In this document: positions 1 to 12,128 of the stretch, piece by piece
Position numbering within the stretch: the first letter of the stretch is position 1
Layout of the letters: each line of letters opens with the position of its first letter
Program-made: the position numbers and the translations under genes
Source of the DNA: Gekko japonicus
Taxonomy: Eukaryota
Assembly: GCF_001447785.1 (NCBI RefSeq)
Contig: NW_015160308.1
Location: 161,913-216,421 of the forward strand
DNA: 54,509 nucleotides
Reading direction: 5' to 3'
Notes under the pieces: generated by a model
Told to the model about the DNA's origin: nothing
Seen by the model: only the letters and a program-made list of their open reading frames with translations
The model's database searches: none

Positions 1-659
1 ACTTATTTATTCAAATATTTATATCCCACTTTTCCCTGTGACTCAAGGCAGTATCCCACTTTTACTGTGAAGCATAATAGGGGTGTGCAAAAAAAAAATA
101 CTGATTTTTTCTGCTCCTCCATTATAGCCTATGGGGACCATTAGAGTCAATGATGAATCTGACTATATTTCTACTGCTTGAGGAATAGAATGATTCAGAG
201 GATTGCTTGCCTGTTCTGATGGTATGCCCTCTACTTCTTGTCTTGTGACTTCCACAGTAGAAGGGACCAGTAGCTGCTGGTGCCTCGCCTCAAACCCCCC
301 CCCAAATTTCAAAAAGATTGGACCAGGGGACACAATTCTATGGGCCCCAGAAGGAGGTATCCTCATCCTCCATTGTTTTCAAAGGAAAGAAAAAATGCTT
401 GTGAACTGGAAGCTAAAATCTCTGAGCAGCCAGCTAAAAAGTTGTGCGCCAGCACCCCCAAGCACAGCTTAGAGGGAACACTGGTAAGAGCATCAGTTAG
501 GACCTCTCAGGGTGGGTCTCCCAACTGTGAGTGTCCCTCCACATATTAGCAATGACACTGACATCACCCCTGTTTTTTTGTTACTTAATCATGAACATTA
601 AGAAGACCTGGAACCGGCTGGGTTTTTACACTTTTGGCTGATATTCCATGTGGCAGCTA

Positions 660-944
<285 letters not shown>

Positions 945-1872
945 TTATTCATTTGAACTGGGGGAAAAAATCCTCATGAGTGTTCACAGTAGGCATAACA
1001 TATTTAAGACTATGCATTGTGTAATAAAACTGCGGTGGTCAAGGTTCCTTCCAGGACATTCAGTTGCTGACCTAAAAGTAGCAGTTTTCTCACAAAGGAA
1101 TTTCAAAGGGAGATTAGAACTCGACTGAATCAAGACCTAGGTTTCCTGTCTCATTACCAATGCGATTTCTCCACGTCTGTTACCCCTCTGCAAATCTCAC
1201 CTAAATCCAATCACACCTGCTATTGTCCTTCACTTGCTATTGTCATTTGCCAGCTAATGTCATTTGGCATCAGAAATCACTCCACTTTCCAACAAATAGG
1301 ACAGACGGACTCCCATTCTAGCTGTATCTGAAGAAGTGAGCAGTGAGACAAGACAATGCATCCTCCTCGACTGAATCAAGACCTAGGTTTCCTGTCTCAT
1401 TACCAATGCGATTTCTCCANNNNNNNNNNNNNNNNNNNNNNNNNNNNNNNNNNNNNNNNNNNNNNNNNNNNNNNNNNNNNNNNNNNNNNNNNNNNNNNNN
1501 NNNNNNNNNNNNNNNNNNNNNNNNNNNNNNNNNNNNNNNNNNNNNNNNNNNNNNNNNNNNNNNNNNNNNNNNNNNGCTGTACGGACAGCCAAAGCCGTAA
1601 CGGGGAAACTAAGCATGCCTGTCCCTTGTTCCAACCCCCCCCCCCAGTATGATTCTATGATCTTGCATCACAAACAGAGCCATGGAATCCTACCAGTGTC
1701 CAAAATGCTCCCGTTTCATACTCAGACCTGGTGGGAAGCAAAGCAGTGTTTATGTCCACCCTGGCCCATTCCCCTAGGATGGCCATATTCTGCTCATTTC
1801 CTGGCTCCCCAAAGTCCCTCCCACCTTCCTTTGCTTCTTCTACATATCATGCACTGTCCTACTTCCCAGTTA

Positions 1873-2019
<147 letters not shown>

Positions 2020-2035
2020 TCAGAACGTGAAAGAA

Positions 2036-2480
2036 ACCCATTAAAAAGCTTAGATAAAAAAGAGGCGACAGGGCAGCAGGCGCATGCTTTCTTGGGAGAC
2101 CTTTCCTCAGGCCGATTTTAGAAGGGTTGACTCAGTTCCAGATGTGTGGGATCCAAGCGGTAAGGGAAATCCCCTGAGCAAAAAGCACTGCTGACAGGTG
2201 GTATTCACCCCTCCAGCATCCCACGTGCAGGTGATTCCGCCTTCCACAGCCTGCAGTTCAGCGTCCCATTAAAAAGCTTAGATTAAAAAAGAGGCGACAG
2301 GGCAGCAGGCGCTAGCTTTCTTGGGAGGCCTTTCCTCAGACCAATTTTAGAAGGGTTCACTCAGTTCCAGATGTGTGGGATCCAAGCAGTAAGGGAAATA
2401 CCCTGAGCAAAAAGCACTGCTGATGGTGTTCACCCCTCCAGGTGGTGTTCACCCCTCCAGCATCCCACGTGCAGGTTATT
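2036..2480. repeat. ~230-bp intronic tandem duplication
   Basis: CCCATTAAAAAGCTTAGA...CATCCCACGTGCAGGT occurs twice. It is single-copy in the paralogous intron at 28760-28945. Confidence 0.85.
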
Positions 2481-2866
2481 CTGCTGTTTCCCAGACCAGC
2501 ATAAGCAAGCTTTCACTTGCCCTCCACCAGAAGCATCAGGACTAGGGGTGTTAAAAAATAAATAAATCATTTTTCCCTCGATTTGGGTCTACTGGACCCG
2601 AAAAATATTGGTATTCCCGAATACCAGTACCAGTATTGGTATTGGGGATAAATATTCGGGGAACCCAAATTTATTCGGCTTCGTTATCCATTATCTGGTG
2701 GAAAGTACCTTGTGCCCCCCCGTCCCCCCCCCGTCCCCCAATTACAATCAGAATAAGTCTTTGGTCACTGAAACCAGACCAAGCCTTTATCTTCATCTTT
2801 TGGCGAGTAAATAATGTGACCCATTAAGACTCACTTCTTTCAGAGACCCAAGAGGATCATCTTTAC

Positions 2867-3254
2867 CAGGGCTTTTTTTGTAGAAAAAGGCCAGCAGGAA
2901 CTCATTAGCATAACAGGCCACACCCAACAGCAGAAACTCATTAGCATATTAGGCCACATCCCTGACACCACAACTCATTTAGCATATTAGGCCACACCCC
3001 ATGCCTTCCCTTGGCATGCCCGGGCACCCCGCGGCTGCGGGGAGCCTGAGCAAGCCCCCCCTTGAAGGGAAGGGAAGGCAGTTCGGTGTAGTGGTTAAGT
3101 GTGCGGACTCTAATCTGGGAGAACCGGGTTTGATTCCCCACCTTCCTTCTGTAGCCATGCATGCTTAGAGGTTTTGGCTGTAGGCGTGGGTGTGGCCAAC
3201 TCGGAAGCCAGCTGGAACTCCGTTCCTGTGCGTTCCTGCCCAAAAATAGCCCTG
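2867..3254. mobile_element. MITE with CAGGGCT TIRs and internal GGAACTCATTAGCATA..GGCCACACCC repeats; related copy at ~37690-38084
   Basis: CAGGGCTTTTTTTG...CAAAAATAGCCCTG termini with subterminal tandem repeats. Confidence 0.65.
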
Positions 3255-4999
3255 AATTCTTTACTCTTATGACTAAAGGAACTGTTTTGTTATTGCTCCT
3301 TTGTTAAAACATAAGTTGAGAAATAAGCAATGGGGGTGTTATCTTTATATGTATTTTTTTAAAAGCATCTTTATGGATACAAAGAGAATGCCCTCCACCC
3401 CGGTTGCTGATTTCTCATTCTCAATGTATGTTTTAATAAAGCTGCACTAACAAAACAGTTGCTTCCATCATAAGGTAGAGATGATCCTGTCGTGTATCTG
3501 AGAGAAATGTGTCTTAATGGGTCACGTTATTCTCAGGCCAAAATATATGGTGTTTTTTCCCTTTTCTTTTCCATTGCTGCAAAGGTCCAGTAGAGATTTA
3601 CCAGGCAAAATTAACATAAGGATGTTAAAACCACTCTAATTGCTTTCCTTTTGGACGCATGTTTTAAAAGAAGCTTTGGAGGTTTACACTGCTCTTTGGC
3701 GAGAAATACAAAGTCGTACGGTTTAACAGCACGGATAGATGTAGATGCCTGATCTACATTTCTCCTGTCGAAAATGCATGTTCTCAGGTTTTCCTTGCTC
3801 CTGTTCCAAAGCTTGTCAAATGAAAGTATGGTGACTTGGAAGTGCATTGCCCAGACCAACATTCTCTCAAGTACATAATTCTTGGAAGGCTGGGGACACT
3901 GCTAAAAAGAAACACCTCCACCTTCATCTTTAGATACGCATTACATCAGTCAATGTGACCTGGGCTTATTTTCTTTGCAATCAGTCAATGTGAGCTGTGA
4001 CGGGAGCCATGGTATTACTTGAACTGTTTGTCATCCCAATATGAATTCAGAATTCAAAATTATAATAAAAAGAGAATTAAAAAAATGTGAGCTGGGCTGA
4101 CTTTCTTTGCCATCACTATTTTATAGCAACAAGAATCATATCTAGATATCACATTTGTATTCTGCTGTTTGCAAGAGGGCCTGTTCAAACATTAGAAAGC
4201 CTGAACGTCTTTCAGGAGTCTGCCATGTAGGGTTGCCAAGTCCATCTTCCACCCCCAGCGAGGGACTTTGGGGGCGTTCCTGGAGGGGGCGGGGCATCCC
4301 CGATGTGATGCCGTCACGTTGGGGACGTCCGCCCCCCCCCCCCGTGCGCCAGATCTCCAGAAACNNNNNNNNNNNNNNNNNNNNNNNNNNNNNNNNNNNN
4401 NNNNNNNNNNNNNNNNNNNNNNNNNNNNNNNNNNNNNNNNNNNNNNNNNNNNNNNNNNNNNNNNNNNNNNNNNNNNNNNNNNNNNNNNNNNNNNNNNNNN
4501 NNNNNNNNNNNNNNNNNNNNNNNNNNNNNNNNNNNNNNNNNNNNNNNNNNNNNNNNNNNNNNNNNNNNNNNATTCCTGCCCAAAAATAGCCCTGGATACC
4601 ACAGTTTGGGGGCTTAACCCACCCCCCATCATTTTCCTTACTTAAAATGAGCCCAGGGAATGGCTATTTGATCCACTGGGGAGACCTATATGTACTATTG
4701 GGCTAAGCTGTAGCTCAACTTAGACCTATTTAAGTTCGAGCATATGATCCTACAAACAAATGTACCCATTTCCATAATGTTAAGGAAGCCTAAAATACGA
4801 AAACAGTATTGCCAAAAGCTCTCCTTAAAAGCAAAGACAGCCACTAAGGATAAATCACCTGTTAATGTCTGCTCAGAAGCCTTCCTAACAGTCTACTCCA
4901 ATGAACAAGCAATCTGCAAAAAGCATAGATTGCATCGTGGCACACGTTTTAACAAAGCCCGTTCCCAACCAGATCTGTAGATCAGTAGAAGTGTAGACA

Positions 5000-5216
5000 G
5001 GGTTGCAAGGTCTGGGTTGGAAAATACCTGGAGACTTTGGGGGTGGAGCCGGGAGAGGGTGGGGTTTGGGGAGGGGAGGGGCCTCAGCACAGTACAAGGC
5101 CACAGAGTCCACCCTTCAGAGCAGCCCTTTTCTCCAGGGGAGCTGATCTCTGCCAGCTGAGGATCAGTTGCAAAAGCGGGAGATCCCCAGGCCCCGCCTG
5201 GAGGCTGGCAACCCTA
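5000..5216. mobile_element. hAT (Blackjack/MER53-like TIR TAGGGTTGCCA) ~215-bp MITE; copies at ~13978-14190, 18757-18972, 21361-21572, 22016-22232, 38180-38394, 43578-43789
   Basis: Recurrent element bounded by AGGGTTGCCA...TGGCAACCCT with a shared internal CCCTGGAGAAAATGGCTGCTTTG core. Confidence 0.75.
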
Positions 5217-5392
5217 TGTGCAGGTTATGGCCTTTGAACTAGGTGCAACTGGTTTTGCTATGTGAATCTGAACCAAAGGTGAAGCTGGCAAAATCTCCAG
5301 CTGCACGGTTCTCCAAGCGCCTATAATTTTTTTGTAAACAAGCCTTGTCTAACTCTCACCACAAGCCCCAATTGTTGGCCCTGCTCTCTTAC

Positions 5393-5593
5393 CACGCTGC
5401 TATACAGCGGCTCTTCCAAATCCAGCTTTCGCCGGCCAATGAGTGTCACCCTGGAGAATATTTGCTGCTTCAAGATTTCAGCCAGCAGTTCCTTCCCCGT
5501 CTCACCCGAGGCACCCAAGATGAAACACGCTTGTTTCTTGGCCCGGAAAGACTCCCGGAGGTTCTTCAGTTCTTCTGGCTTGGGGGGAGGCAT
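5393..5593 (-). CDS. HTATIP2: HTATIP2-like copy A, coding exon 1 (MPPPKPEELKNLRESFRAKKQACFILGASGETGKELL...LIGRRKLDLEEPLYSSV)
   Basis: Contains the Rossmann GxxGxxG motif FILGASGETG and VTLIGRRKL, with donor |gtaaga at 5392. The ATG at 5593 sits 1 nt after a polypyrimidine tract + AG acceptor (5595-5596), implying an upstream exon. Confidence 0.92.
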
Positions 5594-6491
5594 TCTGGGG
5601 GGGGGGGAGAAAGAAGACATTTTGTTATGAAATAAAACCACTATCTGAGAGCCTGGTATAAAGTTTCTCAGTGTCTGAACTGTTTGGGATAAACCCATGG
5701 TTAATTTTTGAAGAGAGGTGCCAGAAGCCGACTACAACTACTGTCCTTGTCTCTGAAACGGAAGCCCTGCCTCTAAATTCCAGGTTTTGTACAGGGTAGC
5801 CATGGTTACTGAGGAATATACATTCTGTACATGGCTCACAGTACCTCTTTCCTCTATTACGGTATTACCTCATAACCCCAGATATTCTGATCCAGTTCCT
5901 ACTGCTTTTTAAGAAGCTCCTTGTTTTCTATACATTTTTGCATTTCCCGTTGAGATATTTTAATTCTGTGAACCTCTTTTTTCTACATCTTATTGTGTCT
6001 GTTTATTTAAACAGTAAGCCTCTGGATTCTGTTGTATTTAATTCTGTTCTTTTTAAATCTAGGTTTTTGAATTGTTAAATTAAAAAGTGATACGTATTTC
6101 CCCCTTATTTAAAAAATACATTATAGAACGTGCACAATGTGAAACCCATAGGAAGTACAAAAATGTATTTCCTTAAACAAATGTAAATACAGCAGTGGCC
6201 ATTTGTGCAATACCATTCCCACAGCTGAGATAAAGGTAGCCACTATTGTTTGATAAACACGTATTTTACCGGCCTTGTCCAGGTGGTATATAAAAGATAA
6301 ACTTGGCCTTATAATTATTACTATGTGGAAGGCCCTCCAATCATTGGAGACGAAATCTTTGTAGCTTTTGGCGCCCATTAAAATATATTTATTGGATCCC
6401 TTCGACTAAGTAAGAAGTGTTGACCCAGAGTAATGAGTAAAGAGTCTGCAGAGGGCAGGGTTTGGGAAGGGGAGGGACCTCTGCGGGGTAC

Positions 6492-6812
6492 AGGGCTCCC
6501 AAGTACTTACCTTGATTCGGCGGGGGATATATAGTTCTTCGCGGGACCATTCCCACGGGGAAAACACAGGTGCTGCACTATTCCGTCGCCCAGACGTGAT
6601 GTAGACACGTAGCCGGGCGACGCTCTAGCAATGGGGTTGGAAACTCGATGGTACCATCGAGTTTTCAGTCCCATTACCAGAGCGTCGCCCGGCTACGTGC
6701 CTACGTCATGTCTGGGCGACGGAAAGTGCAGCGCCTGTGTTCCAAGCAAGAATCTTCCGGCGGGGAAGCATGTGTCCCCCGCCGGATCGTAGGTAGGTAC
6801 TTGGGAACCCTA
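6492..6812. mobile_element. Palindromic (foldback) hAT-like MITE
   Basis: ~320-bp imperfect palindrome centred on AAACTCGATGGTACCATCGAGTTT, with termini related to TAGGGTTGCCA. Confidence 0.75.
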
Positions 6813-6898
6813 GGAAAAGCAAAATCCTAGGTGATATAAAAAACATATAAAAGGGCAATTATGATAGAATTACATGCTCAAAATATATATAAAGGACT

Positions 6899-7037
6899 GA
6901 GGAGCTTCAGGCCTTCTTAGGACTCCTTAATTTCTATCACTCTTTTCTTCCCTTGAAAGCAGCTGTAGCGGAACCCCTCCACCGGCTCCTCGACAAGGGC
7001 GCGCCATGGGTCTGGGGCCCGACGCAGCAGGCGGCGT
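6899..7037 (+). mobile_element. Short Gypsy/Ty3 pol fragment (RT-RNaseH connection)
   Basis: Translates from 6902 as ELQAFLGLLNFYHSFLPLKAAVAEPLHRLLDKGAPWVWGPTQQAA, a typical Gypsy connection-domain motif. Confidence 0.8.
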
Positions 7038-9348
7038 CAACCCAGTTACTGTTTCAGAACAGTGGAAGTAACACCAGAACGTCAAGAAGAGAGGGAAAGA
7101 CAGGAGCTAAGAAAATATGAAGCGACAGAACAAAACAAACCACTAGCCAGCCAAGAGCAAACCAACAAACAACCAGCTGGCAAAAGGCCCAAGGGAAATA
7201 AATGTTTTCATCTGACGCCAGGGAAGCCATTAAGGCCTGGTCTAGACAAACACTGGAATGAGAAAGCAATGGGGTGGCAGAACCCTGGGGTGGCAGAACA
7301 GACCAGACCAGACTTCAGGGGAGGGTAATTCACTGTTCAATGTTCCCCTATATGTAGATCCAATTGGGTAGCCATGTTGGTCCGAAGCAGTAGAACAAAG
7401 TTTGAGTCCTGGGGTACCTTTAACACCAACAAAGTTTCATTCAAGATGTGAGGTTTCGCGTGCACGCACACTTCCTCAGGTACAATGGAATGGAATTTAC
7501 CAGTCCATACCTATAAGGCAGAGGTTGAACAGTAAATTAGTATACAACATAATGAGATGTTTTAACAGATGCAAACAAGAATAACAAGCTAAGTTTATAA
7601 GGTCATCATTGCTTGAATTTAATTGGGGGGGACAGTGGAAAAAACAAATATTTCAGAATTGGAGACAGATGTGTAATTGTATCCTTAATTGTGGAGTGCT
7701 AAGAGTAATGAACTGAGACCTTGTTGTTATGCTCCATCTGTCTCCTCTCAAGCACAGAGGTAATAGCATCTCTGAAGTGGGGTGATTTGTAGTGTAGTGT
7801 TATGCCTCCTTTGTTACCAGACAAAAGAAATGCATTCCAATATACCATTCCAATATCCAATGCATTACATTATAATCGCTATTCTAATCTACTGTTCCAA
7901 CTCGGCCAATGGCCAGGGGAAACCTGGCAGTCCTCGAGGGGAGAGGGAGAGGCTAAGAGATGCCAGGTGCCTGGGAGGACTGGAGGCAGTGTTTCCATTT
8001 TGTGTTAAAAGCTGAACTAAGTTTGAGTCCAGTACACCTTTCAGACCATCAAAGTTGGTATAAGCTTTAGTGTGTATATGCACACTTCCTCAGATACAGT
8101 GGAAAATGGCCTGATCCAGCACTGGCTTCTCTTAAGTTCTTATATGGCAACCCTAGTCATGGAACAGAGCAGGATTTTAAATAAAACTAAAAGGGAGGCA
8201 AAATAAATGCCAAGAAGCAGCAAGAAACAAGCCAATACCAACCCAGTTACTGTTTCAGAACAGTGGAAGTAACACCAGAACGTCAAGAAGAGAGGGAAAG
8301 ACAGGAGCTAAGAAAATATGAAGCGACGGAACAAAACAAACCACTAGCCAGCCAAGAGCAAACCAACAAACAACCAGCTGGCAAAAGGCCCAAGGGAAAT
8401 AAATGTTTTCATCTGACGCCAGGGAAGCCATTAAGGCCTGGTCTAGACAAACACTGGAATGAGAAAGCAATGGGGTGGCAGAACCCTGGGGTGGCAGAAC
8501 AGACCAGACCAGACTTCAGGGGAGGGTAATTCACTGTTCAATGTTCCCCTATATGTAGATCCAATTGGGTAGCCATGTTGGTCCGAAGCAGTAGAACAAA
8601 GTTTGAGTCCTGGGGTACCTTTAACACCAACAAAGTTTCATTCAAGATGTGAGGTTTCGCGTGCACGCACACTTCCTCAGGTACAATGGAATGGAATTTA
8701 CCAGTCCATACCTATAAGGCAGAGGTTGAACAGTAAATTAGTATACAACATAATGAGACGTTTTAACAGATGCAAACAAGAATAACAAGCTAAGTTTATA
8801 AGGTCATCATTGTTTGAATTTAATTGGGGGGGGGACAGTGGAAAAAATAAATATGTCAGAATTGGAGACAGATGTGTGATTGTATCCTTAATTGTGGAGT
8901 GCTAAGAGTAATGAACTGAGACCTTGTTGTTATGCTCCATCTGTCTCCTCTCAAGCACAGAGGTAATAGCATCTCTGAAGTGGGGTGATTTGTAGTGTAG
9001 TGTTATGCCTCCTCTGTTACCAGACAAGAGAAATGCATTCCAATATGCCATTCCAATATCCACTGCATTACATTGTTGCATTCCAATATACCATTCCAAT
9101 ATCCAATGCATTACATTATAATCGCTATTCTAATCTACTGTTCCAACTCAGCCAATGGCCAGGGGAAACCTGGCAATCCTCTGGGGGAGAGGGAGAGGCT
9201 AAGAGATGCCAGGTGCCTGGGAGGACTGGAGGCAGTGTTTCCATTTTGTGTTAAAAGCTGAACTAAGTTTGAGTCCAGTACACCTTTCAGACCGTCAAAG
9301 TTGGTATAAGCTTTAGTGTGTATGCGCACTTCCTCAGATACAGTGGAA
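7038..9348. repeat. Near-identical tandem duplication (7038-8105 vs 8239-9348)
   Basis: Near-identical ORF translations offset by 1201 bp. Differences are a few SNPs and a ~43-bp internal indel. Confidence 0.92.
7366..7500 (-). mobile_element. Penelope-like pLTR remnant with degenerate minimal hammerhead ribozyme; related copies at ~1140-1345, 7990-8105, 8567-8700, 9235-9348, 20570-21330, 45090-45210
   Basis: Minus strand CTGAGGA-AGTGTGCGTGCACGC-GAAA, followed by the recurrent TTGTTGGT..TAAAGGT..C..GGACTCAAA...ACATGGCTACCC tail. Confidence 0.65.
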
Positions 9349-9585
9349 AGAACCTTCTCAACCATTACTTATTGTGGGGGGAGGGGTTGTCAGGGAGGAC
9401 CATTTAGAGTCAAGATGCAGAAGTACTGGGTGATTGTAGCTGAGATGGGATGTTGTGAATCGCAGTAGATTAGCATACAATTACAAGAGTTGACAAACAG
9501 ATGTGGGAACCAGTTTTGAGTCCAGTGGCACTTACAAGACAAATAAAAGTTCAATTCTGGGTACAACAAAGAACTGAGAGACTTA

Positions 9586-10117
9586 GGGTCAGGTCACACG
9601 GACATTTAGTGCGGGCTTCGCTGCTGATCCCTCGTGCATTAAAGTTTCCTGTTCATATTGGCAAACCCGCCTCCCGCACCGAAGCGGGCTGAATCCCGCG
9701 GTTTCTGCTCTTTTTATCCGCGTTTTTTGACACCCATTCGAACAGTTGTTTTCCGATATCTCGCGCTTTGTATCCGTGGTTTTGGTATCTGGACAGCAAT
9801 CCGCCTTGACTGCGCTATCCCCCTTTTTTGTGTGTTTCGGTTTAAATTATGCGCATGTGCAAACAGGCACTTGCTTTTATTTTGGTCTTTTTTAGTTTGT
9901 ATGTACGCCCAAGCGCATGGGAAGATAAGCGCATGCACAGGTAAAAAAACCCCAAACCCCGTTCCGCCGCGGGGACTGCGCACTGTGTGATCAGTACTTT
10001 GTGCGAGTGAAGTGGAAGACAGAGGGACCGTCTGACCACCTCCAAGTGATATAAAATGTTGTGGATAGAAGAACTGCGGGAAAACTAGCGCGGTAAGAGG
10101 TCCGTGTGACCGCAGCC
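9586..10117. mobile_element. PIF/Harbinger-type MITE
   Basis: TIR core GGTCACACGGAC/GTCCGTGTGACC and TTA TSD on both sides. Confidence 0.75.
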
Positions 10118-10979
10118 TTAGTATGCACACTCCATCAGATTCATAGAAACAGATTTCCTCAAATATTGCACATAGGAGGAAAGGGGGGTTATTGCCAGGA
10201 AGAGCTAATTAGAGTCAAGATGCCCAAGCGGCTGAGCAATAAATACAGCTATTATTAGCTATTCTTAGTTCAAAGCGATCCACCCAGTCTGTGAAACATC
10301 AACAAAAGCCACACCTATTGAACCCACTGGGTGTGAAAGAGCCTTCCGGAAAGCTCCTCCCCTGGATTGCATAATAGGGTCGATCCTCGCCATGAAATCT
10401 TTTCAAACAGGGATGGGGGGGATAATAGCCAAACCTTGGAAGCCAAACTGGGTCTGCCCTGTTCTGGACCACCAAGCAACAGCAGGGTCACACAACACAG
10501 AGGCAAGCAATGGCAAAACACCTCGGAATGTCTCCTGCCTTGAAACCCGTATGGGTTGCCAAAAGTTGACTTTGACTTGACAGCACACACACACACAAAA
10601 AGGGGGGGGAAGAAATAATAAATGAGAAAGTTTTGCAGTTCTTTGGCCCTCCTAGTTTCCACCCCCTGCATAAAACGACTGCATAGCGGGGAAGCATGCA
10701 CTGCGTTTGAAGCTGCGAGTTCCAGTTCATAGAGAATTCTTATAGGGGAAACTGCGCGGTGGGGAGCGCGGGTGCTCAGCCTTTCTGCAATTTCCCCCGC
10801 GAGACTCCCCCCAAACGATCTTTCTGCAATTTTCCCCTTTCTGCAATATCCCCCGTGAGACTCCCCCCAAACGATCTCGTGCACGTGAGAGCTGACTCGC
10901 TGAAACTCAGATGGAAGGCGATAGAGGTAGTGCCTCTGGCTTGATTTATTTTTTTAAAAATAATCCAGTCTTTTCAGAA

Positions 10980-11600
10980 CCTCGAGATGTCCCCTCCGCT
11001 GCAGAAACCACGCCGTCGTCCCCCCCTCCCGGCGGAAGGCACCAGCTGCACCCAAACTGTTTGTGCTAACTTGCTTCTTTTCCAGCCTTCNNNNNNNNNN
11101 NNNNNNNNNNNNNNGGCAAACCTGTCAAGTATTGGCAAAACCCTCCCTAGAGCGAGGCGTTGCTCTTAGCAAGCGGGGAAGGCAATGTGACGCGATGTGC
11201 ACGGCCTGAACCCGCCCGTTGCAGAGGAAAAAAACTGAAAACCGGGACAGGGGACAGGGTAATGATTTCTCCAGCCCCTGCGGGGACGGGAAAGGCGACC
11301 CGCCTCCCCTTGACTCATCTGCACCAAAACCACGGCAATAAGACAAACCAACCTGCAGCCTTCCTGTTGCTTCGGCGCCGCCGCAAGTCGCCCAGAGCGG
11401 GGCGCATGTGCAGACTTCGGACTCTCCCCGCCTACTCGCCCGGAAGACACGCCCGCGGATTGCATTGCTAGGAATTCGCTGCAGCTGTCACAAATCGGTT
11501 AGGCGGGATCGCTCTGCACCCCCGCATCCCCTAGTATTGCGCTCTGGTTGCTCCGGCGCAGCCCTTGGCGACCGGATTTTCCAGTGTGAACAAACCAAGC
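10980..11600 (-). promoter_or_regulatory. CpG-rich island; candidate promoter or upstream exon of HTATIP2 copy A
   Basis: High CpG density without an obvious repeat match, ~5.5 kb upstream of the copy A acceptor. The promoter role is inferred from position only. Confidence 0.45.
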
Positions 11601-11708
11601 CAGTTGCAAACGTTTGCTGTGGTACACTGGGAACATACGGGGGAGAGGCTGTGACTCACTGGTGGAGCATCTGCTCGGCACGCATAAGGTCTCAGGTGCT
11701 ATCCCCGG

Positions 11709-12128
11709 CGATGTTCCCTCTGAGCTGTGGAGTCTTGTGAGCCAAAATTCTACTTTGTGAGCTCCTGGCATTAAAGTTCTGAGCGAGCAATTTGGCTACT
11801 GCATTAAATCAGTGGGCTCTGGAGAGAAAAAAATCTGTGAGTCAGAGGCTAAAAAACTGTGAGCTAGCTCCAGGGCTAACCCCAGCTTATTTTGCACCCT
11901 AGGCGAGTGTCCCTTCTGGCCCACCCCCCAGTGCGCCCACCAATTTTCAAAAATAAATGCATTTTAGGAAGAATGAAAAACACAAATAATCAAGAAACTC
12001 CCAGAGTATGGGACTGGGTTCAGTTTGGCACCCCTAAGGGCCGTCCTACTCTAGGCGACTGCCTAGTTCGCCTAGTGAGTGAGCCGGCCCTGGCTAGCTC
12101 ACACTCACTCAGCTTAGAGGGAACACTG
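11709..12128. mobile_element. MITE family with CAGTGTTCCCTCTAAGCT TIRs; other copies at ~395-483, 14479-14683, 16318-16356, 40070-40274, 52093-52297
   Basis: Recurrent ~205-bp element ending CTCAGCTTAGAGGGAACACTG. Confidence 0.75.
11871..12092. mobile_element. hAT MITE (CAGGGC TIR) nested in another MITE; further copies at ~48008-48224 and ~49988-50210
   Basis: CAGGGC...GCCCTG termini and perfect 8-bp TSD GCTAGCTC (11863-11870 and 12093-12100). Confidence 0.85.

Noticed and set aside
1120-1419. Direct repeat CTCGACTGAATCAAGACCTAGG...TTTCTCCA
   Set aside because: The second copy abuts an N-gap; likely a gap-edge artefact or PLE terminal repeat, and not interpretable.
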